DNA of 64,000 nt, taken from positions 73,136 through 137,135 of the forward strand of contig DIXF01000001.1 in assembly GCA_002448235.1 (NCBI GenBank), in the 5' to 3' direction. The stretch's first letter is position 1; each line of letters begins with the position of its first letter. The notes under the pieces are model-generated. The model saw only the letters and a program-made list of their open reading frames with translations, ran no database searches and was not told the DNA's origin. The stretch comes from Syntrophaceae bacterium UBA6087. Its GTDB lineage: Bacteria > Desulfobacterota > Desulfomonilia > UBA1062. Both the position numbers and the translations under genes were made by a program. Positions 57,279 to 64,000 of the stretch are shown here, piece by piece.

Positions 57279-58556
57279 ATGAAGAAGATTTTAGCAGTCA
57301 TCGTGATTATTACCGGCCTCCTGCCCTCATTGCTCATGGCAGAGCCCGTCCATATCGATATCGAGGCCAGAGGTTTCAAGAGGCTTAAGGTCGCGATGCC
57401 TGCATTTGCAGGGTCTCGTGCCCTGGCCGACTCGATACGGTCGATCTGCGCGAAAGATCTTGAGATATCCGGGGCGTTCAGCCTTATCGACCCCAAGGGC
57501 TATGTCAACCCGGGCCCGATGAGCTTTGTCGATCCGTCGTCGCTTCCGGGCTGGAACCTCATCGGCGCAGATTACGTCATAGCTGCCAGGGTCGACGTGC
57601 AGGACTCGCTCGTGAACCTCGTCATCCAGGCAGTGGAGCTTTCGACTTCACGGGTGCTCATCAATACCGTGTATACGACAAAGGCGGATACGGCCTACCG
57701 TGCGGTGCACGCCTTCATGGACAGCTTCCTGAACAAAACCTTAGGCCTCGATCCGCTCTTTTCGTCCAAGTTCGTGGCGGTTCAGAAGATCGGGAAGAAA
57801 AAGCAGCTCTACACTGTCTGGTGCGACGGGACCGGTGCGGCGCCCATCAAGGGAGGCGGGGAACTCGTGCTGGACCCGGCATGGTCTCCCGACGGAAAGA
57901 AGATCGCATTCGTCTCCTACTGGAGAAACAATCCGGATCTGTACGTGCTGGACATCGCCTCATTCAAGGTAGACACGATCTCGTCCTACAGGGGGATCAA
58001 CACCACCCCCGCCTTCGATACAAGCGGCCGCAAGATAGCCTGCACCCTCTCGAAGGACGGAGACCCGGAGATTTACATGATGGACCGCGACGGCAAAAAC
58101 CCTCTGCGGCTCACGAACAGCTGGGCCATCGATACGTCGCCCTCCTTTTCTCCTGATGGAAAGCGGCTGGTTTTCTGCTCTTCCCGTGCAGGCAATCCCC
58201 ATATATACCTCATGGATGTCTTCTCCCGGAAGGCGGACAGGATTACCTTCCAGGGCACGTATAATACCGAGCCCGTGTTTTCTCCCAAAGGGGACCTCGT
58301 GGCCTTCACCTACCTCTCGAAGCCTGACGGCAGATATCATATTGCTCTGATACGGCCTGACGGGAGCGGGATGAGGGTGCTGCAGGGTACCGGGAAAGGG
58401 GACGAATCTCCGACTTTTTCGCCGGATGGCAGGCTCGTTGCCTTTACCTCTACCGACGGGAACATTTACATCACCGACCTCATCGGAAGCTTTACCGCCA
58501 GGGTCACGGCAGGAGGCGGTTTTTCCCAGCCCAGCTGGTCGAAGGCTCTGGAGTAG
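57279..58556 (+). CDS. tolB: Tol-Pal system beta-propeller protein TolB
   Basis: 425 aa with a signal peptide and repeated PxWSPDG and PxFSPDG blades. Confidence 0.92.
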   Translation: MKKILAVIVIITGLLPSLLMAEPVHIDIEARGFKRLKVAMPAFAGSRALADSIRSICAKDLEISGAFSLIDPKGYVNPGPMSFVDPSSLPGWNLIGADYVIAARVDVQDSLVNLVIQAVELSTSRVLINTVYTTKADTAYRAVHAFMDSFLNKTLGLDPLFSSKFVAVQKIGKKKQLYTVWCDGTGAAPIKGGGELVLDPAWSPDGKKIAFVSYWRNNPDLYVLDIASFKVDTISSYRGINTTPAFDTSGRKIACTLSKDGDPEIYMMDRDGKNPLRLTNSWAIDTSPSFSPDGKRLVFCSSRAGNPHIYLMDVFSRKADRITFQGTYNTEPVFSPKGDLVAFTYLSKPDGRYHIALIRPDGSGMRVLQGTGKGDESPTFSPDGRLVAFTSTDGNIYITDLIGSFTARVTAGGGFSQPSWSKALE

Positions 58557-58755
58557 GGAGGTGACTGAAGGGTTCGGGAGAAAATACGGGTATAACCGGA
58601 ATATTATGGATGGGAGGCATCTTTAAGGGCATCGGGGGCTTTGATTTTCCGCTTGACCTGACCGGGTTTTAAGGTAATTTATGGATCGGCATTTGGGAAT
58701 TCTAAACGAAGTTCAGACCGCGAATACGCAAGTGATCAGGAGTAAGGAGGAGTAT

Positions 58756-59319
58756 ATGAGGAATATGAGTAGGGGAATCTGTCTGTTAGCACTGTTGTCG
58801 CTCGTCCTTTTCGCATCGGGATGCAGCAAGAAGAATGTCGGTCAGGTTGACGAAGAGGTGACGCCTCCCCAGCAGGAGCTCGGCACCAGGGCACCAGGCG
58901 GCGATATGGGGATGGAAATGCCCGGGTCGGACGGCGGCGTTCAGTCTACGCCACAGGCCGGAGCTCTTGCCGGGGCAGCAGCTTTCGAGGACAGGGACAT
59001 CTATTTCGACTACGATAAGTTCAGCATCAGGCCGGAAGACAGAAAGATCCTCGCCGAGAAAGCCGGCTATCTCAATGCCAATCCGAACGCAAAGGCCCGC
59101 ATCGAGGGACATTGCGACGAAAGAGGCACGAGCGAATACAACCTTGCCCTGGGCGAGCGCAGGGCAAAGGCGGCACTGGACTACCTCGTCTTTCTGGGCA
59201 TCAGCCGCGATAGGCTGACCACGATCAGCTACGGCGAGGAAAAGCCGGTGGACGTTGCTCAGAATGAAGAGGCATGGGCAAAGAACAGAAGGGCCCATTT
59301 CGACATCCTTGGCGATTGA
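58756..59319 (+). CDS. pal: peptidoglycan-associated lipoprotein Pal (OmpA-like)
   Basis: Lipobox LFASGC, an OmpA_C domain (FDYDKFSIRPE...NLALGERRA), and an AGGAGG RBS before ATG 58756. Confidence 0.9.
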   Translation: MRNMSRGICLLALLSLVLFASGCSKKNVGQVDEEVTPPQQELGTRAPGGDMGMEMPGSDGGVQSTPQAGALAGAAAFEDRDIYFDYDKFSIRPEDRKILAEKAGYLNANPNAKARIEGHCDERGTSEYNLALGERRAKAALDYLVFLGISRDRLTTISYGEEKPVDVAQNEEAWAKNRRAHFDILGD

Positions 59320-59329
59320 TAGGGCCGGT

Positions 59330-60052
59330 ATGAGCAGAATATTCCCCGCCCTCATCGTTTTGTTTTTTCTTGCGGGCTGCGCATCCCAGCAGGACCTGAA
59401 CGCGGTGAAGTGGGAAGTGGATGCCCTCAAGACCAGGGTTACAAAAGCAGAAGACAAGCTCAAGGAAAAAGATCGGCTTACGGAGCAGGGCCTCGGACAG
59501 CAGGCCGAGCTCCTGGCCAGGAACACGGAGATTCAGGAACAGATAGCGCTGCTCCAGGGAAGCATCGAAGAGCTTAAGATGTCGACAAAGGGAGCGGTCA
59601 AGGAAGAGAGGCTGGGCGCCATGGAAAAGGAAATCATGAGCTTGAAAGCCCTGATCGATGCCCAGAAGCAGCCTCCAAGATCCCTGATCGATACCGGGCT
59701 GGAAAAGTACCGGGCCGGGAGATTTGCCGAAGCCTTGAGCGATCTGAAGGCGTATCTCGGGTCCAACCCTGACCCTGCACTGGTTGACGATACCCAGTTC
59801 TGGATAGGCGAGACGTACTATTCGCTGGGAAAGTATGAAGATGCAATCCTGCAGTACGATATGATCGAAAAGAAGTTTTCCGGGAGCGATAAGCTTCCCG
59901 AAGCGCTGCTCAAAGAAGGTATGGCCTTTTACAAGACAGGAGACGACGAAACCGGGAATCTCATTCTCCAGCGCCTCATCCAGGGACACCCGAGCACCGA
60001 GGCGGCGAACAAGGCAAAGAGGATCATGAAAGAAGGACTCGGGAAGGGGTAA
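59330..60052 (+). CDS. cpoB: Tol-Pal system protein CpoB/YbgF (TPR)
   Basis: Signal/lipobox peptide, a coiled coil, and C-terminal TPR repeats, immediately after pal. Confidence 0.82.
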   Translation: MSRIFPALIVLFFLAGCASQQDLNAVKWEVDALKTRVTKAEDKLKEKDRLTEQGLGQQAELLARNTEIQEQIALLQGSIEELKMSTKGAVKEERLGAMEKEIMSLKALIDAQKQPPRSLIDTGLEKYRAGRFAEALSDLKAYLGSNPDPALVDDTQFWIGETYYSLGKYEDAILQYDMIEKKFSGSDKLPEALLKEGMAFYKTGDDETGNLILQRLIQGHPSTEAANKAKRIMKEGLGKG

Positions 60053-60120
60053 AGAATCGGAACGCCAGGTTTTACAACGGCAGTCACAGGCCATGGACGG
60101 CTGAGTTTATTTGATACGAG

Positions 60121-60153
60121 GGCCGGTATGGTGCGCACCATACCGGCCTTTTT
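60121..60153 (+). terminator. rho-independent terminator of tol-pal operon
   Basis: 13-bp perfect stem GGCCGGTATGGTG/CACCATACCGGCC followed by TTTTT. Confidence 0.85.
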
Positions 60154-60340
60154 AGATGAAGAGGGAAAGCTCCCCGTTCTGTACTTCAGGGGCAGTAATT
60201 CAATAGGTAATCGTCCGGTACGTTTTTCCCGCAGAAATGAACGAGCATACAATGTGCGAAAATAATTTAGTCGAGCTGTCGAATTTCCGATACCGTACCA
60301 TCTATGCGGAGAGATATGCTGTTATATGAAAGGGGTTTTT

Positions 60341-62893
60341 ATGAAGATCAAGTCTTTTAGAGTTGTACCGACCTTGCCCGAGACATTGAGTCCCATCCTC
60401 TCGCTGGCATATAATGTGTGGTTCAGCTGGAACCAGCAGGGGCTGCGCCTCTTCCAGCACATGGACAGAGATCTCTGGGAAGAGACGGGACATAATCCCG
60501 TGGAAATGCTCTCCCGGATATCCCAGGGACGGATCATGGATCTGATGGAGGACTACGGTTTTCTGTCCCAGATGAAGAAGACCTCGGAGGCCTTTGACGA
60601 CTATATATCGGAAAAGGGGGTATATTCCTTCCTCCTGTCCCAGCCCATCGATTTCACCATTGCATACTTCTCCATGGAGTTCGGCATCACGGAAAGCCTG
60701 CCCATTTATTCCGGCGGTCTGGGCATCCTGGCAGGCGATCACCTCAAGAGCGCCAGCGACCTGAGGCTCCCGTTGTGCGGGGTCGGCCTCCTGTACAAAC
60801 ACGGTTACTTCACCCAGTACTTGAGCCTGGACGGGTGGCAGCAGGAAGAATCTCCCAATAACGATTTCTACCACATGGCCCTTCACCTCGAGACAGGCGA
60901 GGACGGCAAGCCCGTCAAGATCTGCATAGATATGGCCGGCAGGCCATGCCACGCTCAGATATGGAGATGCCAGGTCGGCAGGATTCCTCTGTACCTTCTG
61001 GATACGAACCTCGAAGAGAACCACCCCGACGAGCGCAGCATCACCGGAGGCCTGTATGCCGGAAACAATGAAGACCGGCTCAGGCAGGAGATCCTCCTGG
61101 GGATAGGCGGCATGAAGGCGCTGAACGCCCTGGGCATCGATCCCATGGTGTATCACATGAACGAGGGGCATTCCTTCCTCGTCGGCCTGGAGAGGACCAA
61201 GCTGCTGATGGAGAAGCACGGTCTGGACTTTACCACCGCGCGAGAGGTCTTGAGGACTTCCCTGGTCTTCACTACCCATACGCCGGTACCCGCAGGCAAC
61301 GATGTGTTCGAGATCAGCCTGATGGAGAAATACCTCAAGTGCTATGTGGAGCGTCAGGGCATAAAGTGGTCCGATTTCATCGCCCTGGGAAAGAAAAACC
61401 CGGCTGACGACAAAGAGAATTTCGGGGCAACGGTGTTCGCCCTGAAGAACTCCGCGTACCGCAACGGGGTCAGCAAGCTCCACGGAGAGGTCTCCCGCGA
61501 CATGTGGAAAGACATCTGGCCCCATGTCACCATCGAGGATGTACCCATATCGTCCGTGACCAACGGGATCCACACCCCTTCATGGATATCCGCGGAAATG
61601 GCCGACCTGTTCGAGCGGTACCTCGGGCCCAAATGGAAGGAAGACCCGGATAACCAGAAGGTCTGGGAGCGCATCGACGAGATCCCCGATGCCGAGCTGT
61701 GGTCCACACACCAGAGAAGGCGCGAGAGGCTCGTGGCGTTTTCCCGGAACCGCCTGGTGAAGCAGCTCAAGGCCCGCGGCGGAAAGTCCAGCGACATCCA
61801 GCGCGCCATGGAGACCCTGCACCCGGATGCCCTGACCATAGGGTTTGCCCGGAGATTCGCAACGTACAAGAGAGGCCTGCTGCTGTTCCAGGACATCGAG
61901 CGCCTCAAGAAAATCATATCCAGCACCACGTGCCCGGTGCAGCTCATCATCTCGGGCAAGGCCCATCCCCGCGATCACGAGGGGAAGGCCCTTATCCAGC
62001 GCATCATCCATATTGCCCGGGAAGAACCGTTCAGAAACCGGGTGGTCTTCCTCGAAGATTACAACATCAACATCGGCCGCTATCTGGTAGAGGGCGTGGA
62101 TGTCTGGCTGAACAATCCCCGGAGGCCGCTGGAAGCCTGCGGTACCTCGGGCATGAAGGCCACGGCGAACGGCGCACTCAACATGAGCGTCCCTGACGGA
62201 TGGTGGGTCGAGGGCTACCAGCCCGAACTCGGCTGGTCCATAGGAAACGGCGAGGTCTACGACAACCTCCAGTACCAGGACGAGGTGGAGAGCAAGACCA
62301 TCTATGATATTCTCGAACGCGAGGTCATCCCGCTCTTCTATGACAGGGGTCTGGACGGCCTGCCCAGGAAATGGATCGCCATGATGAAGCGCTCCATGAG
62401 GATCCTGTGCCCGCAGTTCAATTCAAACCGCATGGTGGAGGAATACACGGACAGGTGCTATATGGAGGCCGCGCTCAATTCGCGCATACTCGGCGCCGAG
62501 GGCTTCAAGAACGCCAAGAACCTTGTCTCCTGGATGAATACCCTGAAACGGCATTGGAAAGACGTTCAGATACGGGATATCGAGCATTCCGAAGGGGACG
62601 AAGTAGAGGTTCACAGCGAAGTCCTTGTCAAGGCGACCGTTCACTTAGGCTCGATCACCCCGGGCGACGTATGCGCTCAGGTATACCACGGGAATATCGA
62701 TGATGCCGGAAATCTTTTCAACGTAGAGAAGGTAACCATGGACCATTGCGGAGAGGTCGGCAAAGGCGAACACCTCTTCCAGGCGCGGATCCTGTGCGAA
62801 GATACCGGGAGGTTCGGATATACGGTGCGGGTGCTGCCGAGCCATACGAATCTCATCTATCCCGTGGACACAGGATTGATCTGCTGGGCTTAG
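60341..62893 (+). CDS. glgP: alpha-glucan (glycogen/maltodextrin) phosphorylase, GT35 family
   Basis: ~850 aa with the PLP-lysine region GTSGMKATANGALN. ATG 60341 follows AAAGGGG. Confidence 0.88.
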   Translation: MKIKSFRVVPTLPETLSPILSLAYNVWFSWNQQGLRLFQHMDRDLWEETGHNPVEMLSRISQGRIMDLMEDYGFLSQMKKTSEAFDDYISEKGVYSFLLSQPIDFTIAYFSMEFGITESLPIYSGGLGILAGDHLKSASDLRLPLCGVGLLYKHGYFTQYLSLDGWQQEESPNNDFYHMALHLETGEDGKPVKICIDMAGRPCHAQIWRCQVGRIPLYLLDTNLEENHPDERSITGGLYAGNNEDRLRQEILLGIGGMKALNALGIDPMVYHMNEGHSFLVGLERTKLLMEKHGLDFTTAREVLRTSLVFTTHTPVPAGNDVFEISLMEKYLKCYVERQGIKWSDFIALGKKNPADDKENFGATVFALKNSAYRNGVSKLHGEVSRDMWKDIWPHVTIEDVPISSVTNGIHTPSWISAEMADLFERYLGPKWKEDPDNQKVWERIDEIPDAELWSTHQRRRERLVAFSRNRLVKQLKARGGKSSDIQRAMETLHPDALTIGFARRFATYKRGLLLFQDIERLKKIISSTTCPVQLIISGKAHPRDHEGKALIQRIIHIAREEPFRNRVVFLEDYNINIGRYLVEGVDVWLNNPRRPLEACGTSGMKATANGALNMSVPDGWWVEGYQPELGWSIGNGEVYDNLQYQDEVESKTIYDILEREVIPLFYDRGLDGLPRKWIAMMKRSMRILCPQFNSNRMVEEYTDRCYMEAALNSRILGAEGFKNAKNLVSWMNTLKRHWKDVQIRDIEHSEGDEVEVHSEVLVKATVHLGSITPGDVCAQVYHGNIDDAGNLFNVEKVTMDHCGEVGKGEHLFQARILCEDTGRFGYTVRVLPSHTNLIYPVDTGLICWA

Positions 62894-62902
62894 CCAAACA
62901 AA

Positions 62903-62930
62903 GGCCGCCTTTTTACGAGGCGGCCTTTTT
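62903..62930 (+). terminator. rho-independent terminator after glgP
   Basis: Stem GGCCGCC/GGCGGCC followed by TTTTT. Confidence 0.75.
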
Positions 62931-63057
62931 CGTAAAGACCTGTGAGGCGGCAGGTATCACCATACATTTTCCCCTGCGTACCGGAGCAGTAAAGCCTTGC
63001 ACCACCGCCCGATTTTAACTTGACAAATGAGGGTGCTCTTTCCATACAGTATTCGGA

Positions 63058-63140
<83 letters not shown>

Positions 63141-63183
63141 TTCCTCTGATATTCATGAGAGTTCTGGTCTTTCTTCAGGGCAA

Positions 63184-64000
63184 TCAGCGATTTGCATCCA
63201 GTACCTGCCGGACCGTCTCGGCCAGCTGGTTTTTTTTCATGGGCTTGGTGATGAAGTTGCTGATGCCCAGCGTTGCCAGCCTTTCCATATCCTCACTGTC
63301 CTGGAAGCCGGAACAGAGTATGATGGGGATATCCTGCCGGATCTTCTTCAGTTCGCCGGCCAGGTCGAAACCTGTCATGTGCGGCATGGTCTTGTCCGTG
63401 ACGACCAGGTCGTAGTTTTCGGGATGGGCTTTGAACGCTTTGAGCGCCTCGAAAGGATTCAGGAAGGCAGTCACGGTGTAGCCGAGATTCTCCAGCGTGA
63501 GGGTGGCGATTTCTACCAGGGCCTGCTCGTCGTCGACGACGAGGACACTTTCCCTGCCCCGGGGCAGGACAGATTCCTTCCCATGCTCTTCTTCTGTAAA
63601 CGCCATGTCCACCAGGGGCAGGTACACATGAAAGACCGTGCCCCGTCCCACCTCGCTGTATACCTTGATCGATCCGCTGTGATCCTCGACGATCCCGTGT
63701 ACGACGGCAAGCCCGAGTCCTGTCCCCTCTCCTTTGCTTTTTGTCGAGAAATAGGGGTCGAAAATCCTCTCCAGATGTTCCGGCCTGATCCCGTGGCCCG
63801 TATCGCTGACCATGAGATCCAGGTACTGGCCTTCGGATAAACCGGGATACTTGATCCTGGTATCCTTGTTGATAGTGATGTTTCCCAGGGATACCTGGAG
63901 TATGCCGCCTGCATCTCTCATGGCGTGTCCTGCGTTGGCGCACAGATTCATGAGGATCTGATGGATCTGCGTAGGGTCGGCTATTACGACATCCGAGTCG
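63184..64000 (-). CDS. hybrid sensor kinase, C-terminal part (HATPase_c + receiver); gene continues beyond window end
   Basis: HATPase_c motifs DTGHGI and GTGLGL are followed by a receiver domain (VLVVDDE...DLVVTDKTMP). Confidence 0.8.
   Translation of the reverse strand, partial: DSDVVIADPTQIHQILMNLCANAGHAMRDAGGILQVSLGNITINKDTRIKYPGLSEGQYLDLMVSDTGHGIRPEHLERIFDPYFSTKSKGEGTGLGLAVVHGIVEDHSGSIKVYSEVGRGTVFHVYLPLVDMAFTEEEHGKESVLPRGRESVLVVDDEQALVEIATLTLENLGYTVTAFLNPFEALKAFKAHPENYDLVVTDKTMPHMTGFDLAGELKKIRQDIPIILCSGFQDSEDMERLATLGISNFITKPMKKNQLAETVRQVLDANR

Overview
This 64-kb window reads as a Deltaproteobacteria/Desulfobacterota-like chromosome of roughly 57% GC, and this is judged by eye because I could run no search. 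Core content is an F1Fo ATP synthase operon (b'-b-delta-alpha-gamma-beta-epsilon, 1.7-7.6 kb), a complete dcw cell-wall and division cluster on the minus strand (mraZ through ftsZ plus alr, 36.8-54.1 kb), a Tol-Pal operon (tolQRAB-pal-cpoB, 55.4-60.1 kb), an alpha-glucan phosphorylase, and two tRNA genes. The clearest accessory feature is a ~9.9-kb integrative island inserted at the 3' end of tRNA-Arg(ACG). It is bounded by a 44-bp direct repeat of the tRNA 3' end (7739-7782 and 17602-17645) and is visibly AT-richer than its flanks. It carries a tyrosine integrase, a complete Type I restriction-modification system (hsdR-hsdM-hsdS), and an uncharacterised minus-strand operon: an AlpA-like regulator, a duplicated Cys-rich zinc-finger protein, a 70-aa protein and a 192-aa winged-helix-like protein. 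That operon is preceded by an array of GTGACAGGG repeats at helical-turn spacing, and a 205-aa orphan gene lies next to the integrase. Other accessory loci are listed below.
- A bacterial XPB/ERCC3-like SF2 helicase is translationally coupled to a ~583-aa partner of unknown function with a WYL-like C-terminus.
- A cluster of two glycosyltransferases, a single-domain receiver and a PHP phosphoesterase.
- Two acyl-CoA synthetases next to a PAS-NarX/NarL-type two-component pair.
- A cation diffusion facilitator family transporter directly abutting the right end of the island.
- An M48/TPR (BepA-like) protease.
- A large secreted protein with six tandem PKD/Ig-like repeats.
No CRISPR array was seen. 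Many long six-frame ORFs antisense to real genes were rejected as GC-rich artefacts.
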